IMG/VR virus record: IMGVR_UViG_3300020049_010034
Location: 1 to 64,000 of that record
Direction: 5' to 3' (one strand)
Origin: a virus
Taxonomy: Duplodnaviria; Caudoviricetes
DNA length: 64,000 bases
The translations under genes were made by a program, and so were the position numbers. This document shows, in pieces, positions 27,609 through 37,647 of the stretch. Numbering within the stretch: position 1 is the stretch's first letter; each line of letters begins with the position of its first letter. A model generated the notes under the pieces. That model worked only from the letters and a program-made list of their open reading frames with translations. It was not told the DNA's origin and searched no databases.

Positions 27609-28597
27609 CATTTGCAAGCGGAAGTAAACTATCGAGCGAACGTACTAAAACGAATTACTGGAAAATCAAAGAAGGCACTCAAACATACCGTATTCTTCCA
27701 GCTTACGGTACTTTAGCCCACAATCCAGCTAAATGGAATCAATATTACGCTGTTCATTACGGCTACCGTGGAACAGACGGGAAAATGTTCGTATTCGCAT
27801 CTCCCGAAAAAGTTAAGTACGTTGACGGAAAAACTCGCATGATCGAAGTTGCGGATCCAGCTAAAGAGCGAATCGAACGCGCTCAAGCTCAGTTAAAAAA
27901 GGCTGAAGAAGATAAAAACGAAGAGTTAGTCAAAACCCTTAAGAACTTCTTATTCCAACACAACTTAGAGAAAAAATACCATATGAACGTGGTTGATCTT
28001 AACGGCAACGTCGGCGTTCTAGCTGTTGGCCGTCGTACCAAAGATCTTCTTGAGGCGTTGATCGACAAAGAGAAAAAAGAGTCTGGTATCGATATCTTAG
28101 CTCCAAATACAGGACGCTTCATTACTTTTACCCGCAGCGGTACTGGTATGAGTACGGTTCACAGCGTTGCTTTGTATCAGAAAACTGAAATGCAGAACGG
28201 AAAGAAAGTTTCTTTCGACGTAGAACACATCCTAGATGCAAACTTTGCTTCTAAGGTGCAAGCTAACGGTCGGGACTTAGGTGCCCTGTACGTTACTCCA
28301 ACGCCAGAAGAAGTCGGAATGATGGTTACTCAGGGCGCTCCAGCAGTAGATGCAGTACGCGCTAAGTACCGCCCAGCTAGAACTCAAGGTGGTGAGGCGA
28401 CTCACGCCCCTGTAGCTGAAACGGCTCCAGTAGCAGCCGCTCTTACCGCTATGGGATCTGACGATGGCGACGAGGATGAAGTAACTCCAGCTGGAGCGAT
28501 GTTCACTCCTCAAGAGTTAAAGGAATCTGCCGCTACCGTGACTAGCCGTCCTTTAAAGGTTGATCAAGAAGCCCTACTTAAAGAATTGGGGCTTTAA
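27605..28597 (+). CDS. Single-stranded DNA-binding protein (T4 gp32-like)
   Basis: YRILPA motif, aromatic-rich core, acidic low-complexity tail, location between dnaE and recA. Confidence 0.7.
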   Translation: MTFASGSKLSSERTKTNYWKIKEGTQTYRILPAYGTLAHNPAKWNQYYAVHYGYRGTDGKMFVFASPEKVKYVDGKTRMIEVADPAKERIERAQAQLKKAEEDKNEELVKTLKNFLFQHNLEKKYHMNVVDLNGNVGVLAVGRRTKDLLEALIDKEKKESGIDILAPNTGRFITFTRSGTGMSTVHSVALYQKTEMQNGKKVSFDVEHILDANFASKVQANGRDLGALYVTPTPEEVGMMVTQGAPAVDAVRAKYRPARTQGGEATHAPVAETAPVAAALTAMGSDDGDEDEVTPAGAMFTPQELKESAATVTSRPLKVDQEALLKELGL

Positions 28598-29121
28598 TGG
28601 AAAATCAAGACCTGCCTAATGAACAGGTAGGGTCTAGCAATGAAGGGGTTCAGGACGAAGTCGTTCTGATCCCCACATTGGATCTTACCTACACCAAAGA
28701 AGCTGAAGAACGATACCCAGAAACTAAGACCGTAAACCCTGTTACTTACACCGATCTTTACTATACCTATAACCATAGTTATCGTGAGCTTAAACGCGCT
28801 CATGCTGAGCTTGGCCACCGTGTAGGAAAAGCTGAAAAAATGATCGATGAAAGAAAAGGCGAGTTACTGATCGACCATTATCCAGAGTTTCTGACAAAGT
28901 TTCCGAAACAAAAAGATAACGGAGAGCTTCGTAGTGCTTTTATGTCCAAGGATCTTAAATTATCAAAACTGCTCGACGATCGCAATACGTTGAAAGCGAT
29001 GGAAGAGCTTGTCGGAGCTAAAATTAAATTTGTGGAGCGTACCTGTAGTTTTATGGATAAGCAGATCCAAATCCATCTTAAATCAGGTATCGATCCAAAA
29101 CTGTATGTAACTTTAAAATAG
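28597..29121 (+). CDS. Helical protein, possible UvsY-like recombination mediator
   Basis: 174-aa helical protein between SSB and RecA; function inferred from context. Confidence 0.35.
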   Translation: MENQDLPNEQVGSSNEGVQDEVVLIPTLDLTYTKEAEERYPETKTVNPVTYTDLYYTYNHSYRELKRAHAELGHRVGKAEKMIDERKGELLIDHYPEFLTKFPKQKDNGELRSAFMSKDLKLSKLLDDRNTLKAMEELVGAKIKFVERTCSFMDKQIQIHLKSGIDPKLYVTLK

Positions 29122-29133
29122 GAGAAAATTAAA

Positions 29134-30192
29134 ATGGGTAACAAATGGATGAAAGCTTTAAAAAGCTATGATGATGCGGTAGATTACGAATACGACTCTT
29201 TTGCACCAGAGAACTGTCTATACACGCCAAGCCCCTACTTTAATTGGATTTTCGCAAACAAGGCTCACGGAATTCCAAAGAACGCTTCTGTGTTATTTTT
29301 CTCGGAAGCAAAGTCTGGGAAATCGCTATCGATCTACGCAATGATTGCTGAAATGCAAAAAAACGATCCAGAAGGAATCGCAATTCTATACAACTCAGAA
29401 CTCAGAGGGGCTCTTCAAAACGACGCGATTCCCAACATAGACAAAGATCGCTTAGTAATTTACGACACAAACGATCCAGTCGAAATTTTTGATCGTGTCG
29501 AAAACGACATCAAAGCAATGGTGTCTGAAGGTATGCCACTACGCATTATTGCGATCGATTCTTTAACCAAGATCCAAGGTATTAAACGTGCAGCCGCCGA
29601 TTCGGTAGCGAACCACTTGATGGGGGATCGCGCCCTTACTATTCAAACGGGTTTAGGTAAACTTATCCCATTCTGTAAAAGAAATAAGATCCTACTTTTA
29701 GCGACCGAGCAGGTACGGGCGAATTTTGACGCTGGCCATTACGGACCTAAAGACAAGGCCGCAGCCAGTCGAGACACCCTTCACTCATTCGAGTATTTTG
29801 TCTCTTTAAAAAGGGCGGGAGCGGCTGACGATAAGCAAGATATCGAGGGGAAATCTTTCGAAGAAGACGATATGAAAGATGCTCGCGGAAACAAACTTCT
29901 AACAGGACACAAGGTTTATTGTAAGATGGAGGCTTCCTCAATCGGCCCTCAAGGGCGATCAGGCGTATTTACACTTGATTACAACAAGGGTATCGTAAAC
30001 CAGCACGAAGAAGTGTTTTTTCTAGGAAAAAATACAGGTGTAATTACCCTAGAAGGCACAAAAACCTACCGTTACAAAGAACATAAATGGAACGGCAAAA
30101 AAGAATGCGCTTTAGCTATTAGAGATAATCCAGATCTTTACAAACAGATCGTTCAGGATGTCAAAAAACTAGATTCCAAAGACGTTCTCTAG
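29134..30192 (+). CDS. recA: RecA/UvsX-like recombinase
   Basis: SEAKSGKS Walker A, NSE, IAIDSL, EQVR, LDYNKGI. Confidence 0.85.
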   Translation: MGNKWMKALKSYDDAVDYEYDSFAPENCLYTPSPYFNWIFANKAHGIPKNASVLFFSEAKSGKSLSIYAMIAEMQKNDPEGIAILYNSELRGALQNDAIPNIDKDRLVIYDTNDPVEIFDRVENDIKAMVSEGMPLRIIAIDSLTKIQGIKRAAADSVANHLMGDRALTIQTGLGKLIPFCKRNKILLLATEQVRANFDAGHYGPKDKAAASRDTLHSFEYFVSLKRAGAADDKQDIEGKSFEEDDMKDARGNKLLTGHKVYCKMEASSIGPQGRSGVFTLDYNKGIVNQHEEVFFLGKNTGVITLEGTKTYRYKEHKWNGKKECALAIRDNPDLYKQIVQDVKKLDSKDVL

Positions 30193-30221
30193 TTGACAGC
30201 CTGTTTAAAAAATAGTAAGTT
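30193..30221 (+). promoter_or_regulatory. Sigma70-type promoter TTGACA-N17-TAAGTT
   Basis: Perfect -35 with 17-bp spacer upstream of 30252. Confidence 0.5.
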
Positions 30222-30251
30222 AAAATCAAGGGACTTATCCCAAGGAGATCT

Positions 30252-31196
30252 ATGCGCGAATTTTTTCCGTTATGTGGGCATTTTTTTTGTAACGAAACCT
30301 GTACCTTTTCAACAGAGGCTCCCGCAATTACCCGAGTAAGTAGCAAGGACACTTTTGAACTTCGCTACTTGCGATGGGATTATATGGTTGGGGCTGAAAA
30401 CCCTCCCGATAGCTATCTACATTCGGTTGAAAGGATTATCGAGTATATGGCTAGGCAGCATTTTGGACGTATTTCTAGAATGCTTCGCTCTCAATCGATG
30501 GATATTGATGATCTTAAGAATATCCTACGATCTCTCTGTATCGGTTTTTGGGGTAAGTATTCCATTCAAGGGAACGAAGTCGCAAGACAAAGGATGCTTA
30601 AGTCCATGGAGGGTAAAAATTACACAGAAGCAGATCTGATCAAAAAGGACAACTATAAATTGATGGCTTTTTTGAAACAGAGAATCCAAGAGTTCAGATC
30701 TATCTTTAGTTCTAAAAATAAAAGTGACCCAGCACAAGAAGGTCTGACGATGTACAGAATTTCAAAACGTCAGTTTGAAAAAAAGCTGTGCCAAATCCCG
30801 ATCGATCCAGTCATTGAAGGATGGGAAAAAGTTCCAGTAGAGCTTTACAAGGAAATAATTCCAAAGTTTAAAGACGGAGAGGTCTTGGATTTCGGAGGCT
30901 ATATCTATTACAGCCATTTAGTGGACTGCCTAGTTTACGGTTTGGAGGAATTCGACAAGCTTGAATCTACCTATCTCAACCCAGAAGATCAGTTCCAAGA
31001 AGATGAGACTTTTGTCGTTATGGGGGATGGATCGGACGAAGCATTGGACGGGCTTTGTAAACGTCTCAGATACACCCGAAACAAAAGAAAGCTTCTGAAG
31101 GCGGTTGCTGAAAAACCAGAACAGTACGGTATCAATAAGGCGATAGTTGATCGAGTTCTGGCTGAAATGAAAGGTCGATCGGCTTGGCAAAATTAA
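30252..31196 (+). CDS. Hypothetical protein, weak sigma region 2-like segment
   Basis: IIEYMARQHF...MDIDDLKNILRSLCIGFW loosely resembles sigma region 2.1-2.2. Confidence 0.4.
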   Translation: MREFFPLCGHFFCNETCTFSTEAPAITRVSSKDTFELRYLRWDYMVGAENPPDSYLHSVERIIEYMARQHFGRISRMLRSQSMDIDDLKNILRSLCIGFWGKYSIQGNEVARQRMLKSMEGKNYTEADLIKKDNYKLMAFLKQRIQEFRSIFSSKNKSDPAQEGLTMYRISKRQFEKKLCQIPIDPVIEGWEKVPVELYKEIIPKFKDGEVLDFGGYIYYSHLVDCLVYGLEEFDKLESTYLNPEDQFQEDETFVVMGDGSDEALDGLCKRLRYTRNKRKLLKAVAEKPEQYGINKAIVDRVLAEMKGRSAWQN

Positions 31197-31783
31197 GCGA
31201 ACTTTTTAAAAACTATAGCGTACAGAAGTCGATTGATGTCTGGAAGACATTTAACGAAGATCTCATTACGCGCAAGAAGACTAATAAGAAAGATCGCTTC
31301 ATTCTAATCCAAAACCGCGAAAGCGCACTTTACGCACTTTTCATCAATTTAAAAGAGGCTGGCTTTACTGCCGAAGCGGTTAAGCCCTACCTGTTAAGAA
31401 TAGGTGGGGCTTGCAGCCCAAACCATTCCGTCCCGATGAAAGAAAAAAGAGGATGGCAAAAACACGTCTCCATCGATGTCGCGGCAGCTTTTAACGAAGC
31501 TTATGAAGAGGAAGTCGCTTTTACCGATGTGTTCACCCAGCTTAAAGAGCGTGGATCTCGCGGCCTGTTCAGTGATCCAATGAGGTCAAAAGAACAAGCT
31601 GAAGACAAATCGATTGTAGAACCATTTCAAGACGTGGTCGATCCTCCAGATCCAGAAAGGCTATCTGATTCTACTGGCAAGAAAGAATCCTCGATCTATA
31701 TCCCAAAGGGTGATACAGTGAACTTTGTAGCCAGAGAAGAAGTCTCTCTCGAAGATCTTTTAAGGGAAGCCAATGACAGCTGA
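31184..31783 (+). CDS. Hypothetical protein
   Basis: 199-aa ORF in operon. Confidence 0.6.
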   Translation: MAKLSELFKNYSVQKSIDVWKTFNEDLITRKKTNKKDRFILIQNRESALYALFINLKEAGFTAEAVKPYLLRIGGACSPNHSVPMKEKRGWQKHVSIDVAAAFNEAYEEEVAFTDVFTQLKERGSRGLFSDPMRSKEQAEDKSIVEPFQDVVDPPDPERLSDSTGKKESSIYIPKGDTVNFVAREEVSLEDLLREANDS

Positions 31784-32933
31784 AGAAAAAGCACAATTAA
31801 TTGCAGAGCAGCAGCGAAAATTCGCAATCGAGCATAAAGAGCTAGAGGAAACTGCGCGTAAAAAAAGAGCTTTGGAGAAAGCCAAGATCGAGAACGCCTA
31901 TCAGGAGATGGAGCGTAACGAAAAGGCTATCAAGACCTATAAAGCCCATGATTTTCTATCCGATACCGAAAACGAGATGGAGGATATCGAAGAGGAACAC
32001 AGATCCTTTTTGATGGGGCTTCAGAAAAGAATGGTATTTATTGATGACAAGATACCAGAATTCAACGAAGTGATACCTTTTTGTGCCAAACAGCTCATTT
32101 TAATTGGAGCTATATCGGGTCAAGGTAAATCGACGGCCTTGGCAAACATAGTTTACGGAATGATTAGCAGACGGCTAAAACCTCTAATCATATCAAACGA
32201 AGAATCGGCACAGGATATCTTTCCAAAGGTCTATGGCCTTTTTAAAGGTATGCACTATCGGCCAGATAAACTTTCCTTCAAAGAAGCTGAAGAGTTTTTG
32301 AAGTCCACTAGAGCCATGTACCCGTTATTCAAAGTAATCGATAATAACTACAAGGGCTTAGATGACCCAGCTTCATCTTTGGAAGGGCTTGTAAGCGTTT
32401 TAGAGGGCTTCCATAATAGCGAGTACAAAGCGGATGCAATCCTAATTGACTATTATCAGTGTTTCCACAAAAGCTTAAAAGCCCCTCAGAAAAATATGTA
32501 CCAAGTCCTACCAGAGATTACGGAAGTTCTGGAGAAATATCGAAAAAAGCTAGACGTACCAATCGTCGTTTTCGCCCAAATCAAAGCGGATAGCGAAGCA
32601 CTATTCAAAGAACGTATTGAGGGTTCTAAATCCATCTATAACCGCGCTACCTGTGCGATTGAGATTATCTCGCACAATAGCGAATTGAAGACGGAATGGG
32701 TAGTCCAAAAAAACCGTTTTAATGGCGAGTCAGTTAATAAAAAATTCTTTACAGGCTGGTGGAAAGGACGATACATTCCTTACGACCAGCAGCATATCGA
32801 CAAGGTCACCCAGAAAAAAATAGATAATCTTAACTATAAGGAGCGGCAAAATGACGGTACAGGAAAAACAGGAACTAGCGATGTTAAGCAAGGAAATCTT
32901 GGGGACGCCGACAGCGTACCGCAAGGCGGTTAA
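31773..32933 (+). CDS. DnaB-like (SF4) replicative helicase
   Basis: GAISGQGKST, ISNEE, ILIDYYQ, VVFAQ, KNRF. Confidence 0.88.
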   Translation: MTAEEKAQLIAEQQRKFAIEHKELEETARKKRALEKAKIENAYQEMERNEKAIKTYKAHDFLSDTENEMEDIEEEHRSFLMGLQKRMVFIDDKIPEFNEVIPFCAKQLILIGAISGQGKSTALANIVYGMISRRLKPLIISNEESAQDIFPKVYGLFKGMHYRPDKLSFKEAEEFLKSTRAMYPLFKVIDNNYKGLDDPASSLEGLVSVLEGFHNSEYKADAILIDYYQCFHKSLKAPQKNMYQVLPEITEVLEKYRKKLDVPIVVFAQIKADSEALFKERIEGSKSIYNRATCAIEIISHNSELKTEWVVQKNRFNGESVNKKFFTGWWKGRYIPYDQQHIDKVTQKKIDNLNYKERQNDGTGKTGTSDVKQGNLGDADSVPQGG

Positions 32934-33105
32934 AGGAGTTCTGGTTCCTATTACCGATCTTACAGGGAAGATTATCCCCCATGTAAACGGAGCCTCTCAC
33001 AAACAGCTTGTCCGAAAGACTGAATCCCAAATTCTAACCGAACTTCGAGCAATCAAAAAACAACGGTTTGAAAAAGAACTAAAGAAAGCGACTGGTCGCG
33101 TATGA
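32851..33105 (+). CDS. Hypothetical protein
   Basis: 84-aa ORF between helicase and primase. Confidence 0.5.
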   Translation: MTVQEKQELAMLSKEILGTPTAYRKAVKGVLVPITDLTGKIIPHVNGASHKQLVRKTESQILTELRAIKKQRFEKELKKATGRV

Positions 33106-33983
33106 CGGAAAACGCACAAAAGCTTTTCAAGCTTCTTTTCAAAGAGGGTGAAAGCGTTTGCGTTAGCCCTAGCCAGTACGGCTTCCATTCCGTACCGCAA
33201 GAAGCGTTATTATCCCCATGCGTTGAGCTTGTCTCGAACAAAAAAGGCTTTCACGTCCAAGTACCTATTGAGAACTTGGAGATGGTTTCCATCAACCCGA
33301 TTAGCGGAGCCAGAAACGACGAGAACTGTACGTCGTTTAGGAATTTTCTAGTCGAGATGGACGATATGCCATTAAAAGAGCAGGCAGCTTATATTGCCGA
33401 TAGCGGACTTCCTTTTTCAGGATTGGTTTTCAGCGGCGGCAAGAGCTACCACTTTTTAATTTGTTTAGATGAATCTCTACCAGATCTAGATATATATCGT
33501 TTCTATAGCAGCTGGATATTGGAAGCCTTAGACAAGGCAGATCCGTCAACTAAAAATCCTTCTAGATCCACAAGGATTCCAGACCACTTGAGGGAAGGCG
33601 GGTCGAAACAAGAGCTACTTTACTGCGGAGAGTCCGTAACCATCGGACGTTTGCAAGCGTGGCTGAACGGCTTTGAGCGAAAAAGACCTGTTCCGAAAGT
33701 AAACGATTGGGTTCCAAACCCTGATTTTGATTTCAAATACCTTCACCCTAAAACGAGAGATCAGCTTTTTAATGGGGTTGACGCCTCAAATGGCCGAAAT
33801 AACGCATGGTTTATGATTGGACGTGATTTTGGATTAAAAGGTTGTGATCTTGAAGCGGCCATGGTATTCTTAAGAGAGAAGTTCCATCCCGAGCACGATT
33901 TCACGTCTCAGGAGTGGCAGAACACGATAGAAAGCGGTTATAAATACGGGGCTCGTAAACGGATGGAAAGCTACGGAGTGTAA
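33102..33983 (+). CDS. Primase (AEP/RepB-primase-like with PriCT-like C-terminus)
   Basis: FLVEMDD, VFSGGKSYH, DPSTKNPSRSTRIP, GRNNAWF, EWQNTIESGY. Confidence 0.78.
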   Translation: MTENAQKLFKLLFKEGESVCVSPSQYGFHSVPQEALLSPCVELVSNKKGFHVQVPIENLEMVSINPISGARNDENCTSFRNFLVEMDDMPLKEQAAYIADSGLPFSGLVFSGGKSYHFLICLDESLPDLDIYRFYSSWILEALDKADPSTKNPSRSTRIPDHLREGGSKQELLYCGESVTIGRLQAWLNGFERKRPVPKVNDWVPNPDFDFKYLHPKTRDQLFNGVDASNGRNNAWFMIGRDFGLKGCDLEAAMVFLREKFHPEHDFTSQEWQNTIESGYKYGARKRMESYGV

Positions 33984-34592
33984 ATGAAGATCCTTAAAAG
34001 AGAAGATATAGAGCTTTACCATGACTATAAAATATGGCCATCCAAACGAACGATTAGCCTGTTTTCCGAAGCTATTATTGAAAGCGATGGTTCGCACGAA
34101 GAAACGGGAACCGATACTTTCATGGTTCAGAGGTTTTTAAAGAACATAGAGCTTTTAGAGTCGGTTAGCAAAAAGCCGATAACCATTATAATGGACAACT
34201 GCGGCGGAGATATTCACTCAGGTATGGCTATCTATGATCGAATCAAGCTATCCCCATGCTATATAACCATTAAGGTTTTCGGGGAAGCGTCCTCTATGGG
34301 GTCTATCATCCTACAGGCTGCCGACAAACGCCTTATGAGCCAAAACTCTATTCAGATCATTCATTACGGAGCTTTTAGTGTTGGCGGCGAAGCAAAATCA
34401 GCCTACAAGTTCGTGGACGAATTCAAGAGGATTGATAAGTTTATGGAAAAGCTTTACATGGAAAAGATTAAGAAAAAAGATCCTCTGTTTCGTCTCGGGC
34501 GTTTGCAGCGACTACTTTCCCATGACACATACCTAACAGCTGAAAAATCAGTTGACTTAGGCTTGGCAGATGGTATTATTAAAGAGTTATGA
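33984..34592 (+). CDS. clpP: ClpP protease subunit
   Basis: NCGGDIHSGMAIYD, ASSMGS (Ser), IIH (His), HDTYLTAEKSVDLGLAD (Asp). Confidence 0.9.
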   Translation: MKILKREDIELYHDYKIWPSKRTISLFSEAIIESDGSHEETGTDTFMVQRFLKNIELLESVSKKPITIIMDNCGGDIHSGMAIYDRIKLSPCYITIKVFGEASSMGSIILQAADKRLMSQNSIQIIHYGAFSVGGEAKSAYKFVDEFKRIDKFMEKLYMEKIKKKDPLFRLGRLQRLLSHDTYLTAEKSVDLGLADGIIKEL

Positions 34593-34855
34593 ACAAAAGA
34601 AAAATCAAAGATTTAGAGGATGAGGTGTATTTTGCTACCCGTGAGGCAGAGGAAGTACGATACTTTCTAGGTCATAAGATAAAGATTCTTGAAGAGCAGA
34701 ACGCAATAATGCGTAGATATCTTAATTTGATCTTGATAGACCCAATTAATAAGCCTGAGAATGCGTATGGATGGGAAGCTATTCGAGAGCGAGATGTAAG
34801 GGATGCGAGACAGGCTTTGACAGAAGTAAAAGAATTGGAGTTGAAAAATGAGTAA
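34589..34855 (+). CDS. Small hypothetical protein
   Basis: ATGA-coupled 88-aa ORF. Confidence 0.55.
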   Translation: MNKRKIKDLEDEVYFATREAEEVRYFLGHKIKILEEQNAIMRRYLNLILIDPINKPENAYGWEAIRERDVRDARQALTEVKELELKNE

Positions 34856-35246
34856 AGAACTATCAGTACAAGGTTTAGGCGACGCGGTTAGAGATAAGGT
34901 AAGGGGGGCTATTTTTAGTAGTATTCCTGACGAGGCTATCCAGTCGCTGATTGAAAAAGAGTTTAGCGATCTAAACACCGCCAAATACCATAGCGATAAA
35001 TCGCCGCTAAAACAAATTATATACGATGAAATCAGAAAACAAGCGGGCGAAAGAATAAGGTTAAAAGTTACTGATTATTTGGAAAAAACCTTTCAAGCCA
35101 ACGAGAAAGAATTGGTCGACGCAGCGATTTCCGAGATTGCCAAGGTCTTTATGCAGTCCATGGCGAATGATTTTGCTAGGGCGGCTGTTCGCGATCTTAC
35201 CCAAAATCTTAGACAGTCTGGCTATAATTTTAATGGGAGCTACTAA
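34848..35246 (+). CDS. Small hypothetical protein
   Basis: 132-aa ORF. Confidence 0.6.
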   Translation: MSKELSVQGLGDAVRDKVRGAIFSSIPDEAIQSLIEKEFSDLNTAKYHSDKSPLKQIIYDEIRKQAGERIRLKVTDYLEKTFQANEKELVDAAISEIAKVFMQSMANDFARAAVRDLTQNLRQSGYNFNGSY

Positions 35247-35247
35247 C

Positions 35248-35511
35248 ATGGAGACGCCACAAGAAGAACTTTCTCTTAGAAAACGAAAGAGTTGGGAAAA
35301 CGAAGAACTGATTAGTAAATTTACTAAGAAGTTATGGGAAGATTTATTTGAAGCCACGAAAGATTTTGAGGATCCTAGACGATACATTATCTTTAGCCGA
35401 GTAACTGGTTTTTTGGTTGCAAACGTATATCTACCAATCGTGTCAAAGGCCGTCGAGGACGCGTTGGGGTCAGCGCCCGATTCAGCTGGGGATTCGGAGG
35501 GTAAGAAATGA
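35248..35511 (+). CDS. Small hypothetical protein (likely start METPQ at 35248)
   Basis: Start directly after the previous stop; the longer track start overlaps the upstream gene. Confidence 0.5.
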   Translation: METPQEELSLRKRKSWENEELISKFTKKLWEDLFEATKDFEDPRRYIIFSRVTGFLVANVYLPIVSKAVEDALGSAPDSAGDSEGKK

Positions 35512-35723
35512 AAACTTTTGTATTCGAGTTTGATATTAACGGTCGGGCGACTGCCACAGTGAAGGCCGAAACTTTCGAAGAGGCTTGTAAGCTTTTTGAC
35601 GACGGGAGCTTTGATTCCAAGGTTCAAGAATGGGATTTTGACTTTCCATACGGTATGCGGTTTGACGAAGAACATTTGAAAGACTATCTGGTTTCGGAGG
35701 ATGAAAACAATGACAATACCTAA
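35508..35723 (+). CDS. Small acidic hypothetical protein
   Basis: GGAGG Shine-Dalgarno, ATGA overlap. Confidence 0.6.
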   Translation: MKTFVFEFDINGRATATVKAETFEEACKLFDDGSFDSKVQEWDFDFPYGMRFDEEHLKDYLVSEDENNDNT

Positions 35724-36126
35724 TGAAGAATCATTAGCAGCACCTATAAAGAAGCCGAAAAAATACGCATGGAGCACTGACGGGGAGCGTTTCCAAGGAG
35801 ATTCCGATTCAAAAGAAGACTGCGTGGAGGAAGCTCGGGCAATGTGCGATACGGATGAAGATTTTTTCTATGTTGGAGAATGCGCTCCATTCATTCCTGA
35901 AATCAGCTCTATCGATATCCTTGATCAGCTTGGCTGTGACGCGGTTGATTTTGCAGGTGAGGCAGGCGAGGAGTGGCTATCCTACATCTCCAAACAGGAA
36001 AGAGAGCTTCTGGATTCAAAACTAGAAACCGCGTTAAGTGAGTGGCTGTCTGAAACGGGAAATAAGCCGACTTTTTTTGGTATTAAGAACATGGAAAAAT
36101 ATGCGGTCGAAAGGGGTTTGGAATGA
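35701..36126 (+). CDS. Acidic phage hypothetical protein
   Basis: 141 aa with GGAGG Shine-Dalgarno. Confidence 0.6.
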   Translation: MKTMTIPNEESLAAPIKKPKKYAWSTDGERFQGDSDSKEDCVEEARAMCDTDEDFFYVGECAPFIPEISSIDILDQLGCDAVDFAGEAGEEWLSYISKQERELLDSKLETALSEWLSETGNKPTFFGIKNMEKYAVERGLE

Positions 36127-36551
36127 CTGCTGAAAAATTCCTCAGCGATTGTGAGGCCAGATTGAGAAAAGCTACGCCTGCGCCTTGGTATGTGGATGGC
36201 ACAGAAGTAAGACATGATTTCGACCCGTATTCTGAAGAAACAGACTGTTCGGTTCAAATTTGTGAAGTCCATAGAATAAGCGATGAGCTAGATCGTAAAA
36301 AAGACGACAGAGAGTTCATCGCCCATTCTCGTTCAGACATCGAACGCTTAATCCAAATTGTGCGCGAAAAGAATAAAGATACTGAACGGCTTGAATGGAT
36401 AATAAAAAATAGAAAAACCGTGGAAAAAACAGTCGAAGGATTCTGCGTTTACCCGTGTGCATGGGATAAATTTAAGCCAACACCACGCGAAGCCATCGAC
36501 GCAGCAATGCAAGAATCCCGCGCAGACGAAATATCAGGAGGACGGAAATGA
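36123..36551 (+). CDS. Ead/Ea22-like phage protein with DTERLEW...REAIDAAM C-terminal module
   Basis: KATPAPW...DREFIAHSRSDIERL pattern; C-terminal module shared with 37826-38122. Confidence 0.6.
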   Translation: MTAEKFLSDCEARLRKATPAPWYVDGTEVRHDFDPYSEETDCSVQICEVHRISDELDRKKDDREFIAHSRSDIERLIQIVREKNKDTERLEWIIKNRKTVEKTVEGFCVYPCAWDKFKPTPREAIDAAMQESRADEISGGRK

Positions 36552-36787
36552 GAAGAACTCTAATTGGAGTAGTGGCTCGAAATTTTACAGAGTTTAAAAG
36601 ACTTTTCAATAGACACGCAAAAGCTGACCCAGAAGTGAGATTTATATATTTGTGCGATGTAACACGAATGCGCGGTTTTCGAGGCGAAATTCAATTATGG
36701 GGTGATTGGATGAAGAGAAAGGATTTTGATGAAATTCACAAAGAAATACAGATACGGACATCCAGTCTGATCGAGGATTCAAAATGA
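36548..36787 (+). CDS. Small hypothetical protein
   Basis: ATGA-coupled, AGGAGG Shine-Dalgarno. Confidence 0.55.
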   Translation: MRRTLIGVVARNFTEFKRLFNRHAKADPEVRFIYLCDVTRMRGFRGEIQLWGDWMKRKDFDEIHKEIQIRTSSLIEDSK

Positions 36788-37092
36788 ACCCCATCAACCA
36801 AATCATTGCGGAAGGGAAAAGGCTTTGTGAGGGGGCTATTGGTGTCACAAACGATTTAGTGAATCGACAGGTTCCAATTGAAGAAGCGGGTGAACCGGAA
36901 GAATATGAAAAATTTCTTGTTTATCACAATCCCTACAAAATGAAACACCTGTACGAAACTCTTGAGAAGGCGGTGAAGTTAGCTGAGCACTTTAAAGATC
37001 ATGGGCACTTTGAGTATAACGAAGAGGGTCAAGAAGTTGATGTTTATCCAGCTCGTGAATTTTTAGCATTAATAGAAAAGCGGGGTGGATAA
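36784..37092 (+). CDS. Small hypothetical protein
   Basis: ATGA-coupled 102-aa ORF. Confidence 0.55.
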   Translation: MNPINQIIAEGKRLCEGAIGVTNDLVNRQVPIEEAGEPEEYEKFLVYHNPYKMKHLYETLEKAVKLAEHFKDHGHFEYNEEGQEVDVYPAREFLALIEKRGG

Positions 37093-37301
37093 TGAGCAGT
37101 ATAGAAATCAAACCAGCAAATAAATTTAATGTTGAAACGCTACTTGTAACGGATAACAGGAATGGCGCAGGGTTCGAGGTTTGGGCTTACCCAGATTGTG
37201 TTTTAATTCAAGACACGCAATCAATGAACGTAACCTCAATAACCCAAAATCAATTCGACAAGATTTATAAATTTGTTAAAAAGCACGGGAAATTAAAATG
37301 A
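37092..37301 (+). CDS. Small hypothetical protein
   Basis: TAATG-coupled 69-aa ORF. Confidence 0.55.
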   Translation: MSSIEIKPANKFNVETLLVTDNRNGAGFEVWAYPDCVLIQDTQSMNVTSITQNQFDKIYKFVKKHGKLK

Positions 37302-37335
37302 AACCCACCCGACTTATTTGCGAGGAAGGAAGTTT

Positions 37336-37623
37336 ATGAGTGGCGGCAGTTACGACTATATTTGCTTTAAACTTGAGGAGCTATCGGAAAGCATTCGAAA
37401 TCAAGATACCGACCCTCGTCGCGCTTCGTTCTCAAAGCTTTTAAAGCTTATTTCCGTGGCCATGCACGATATTGAATGGGTGGATTCTTGTGATTATAGT
37501 CAGGGCGCTGACCATAAGGCGATCGACGCCGTCTTTTCGTTTCTTGGAAGTGATCCAGAAACAATTAAAAAGGCTCGTTCATTTGACGAGCTTAAAATAA
37601 GACTACAGGAATATTTAAAATGA
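37336..37623 (+). CDS. Phage hypothetical protein (MSGGSYDY N-terminus)
   Basis: Likely start at ATG 37336 behind GAGGAAGG. Confidence 0.6.
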   Translation: MSGGSYDYICFKLEELSESIRNQDTDPRRASFSKLLKLISVAMHDIEWVDSCDYSQGADHKAIDAVFSFLGSDPETIKKARSFDELKIRLQEYLK

Positions 37624-37647
37624 CCGAACGCAAAATAAAAGGTACTT

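Noticed and set aside
35061-35777. 238-aa minus-strand ORF and the many other short antisense ORFs in the track
   Set aside because: They lie opposite well-coupled sense genes with ribosome binding sites and show no recognisable motifs; treated as shadow ORFs.
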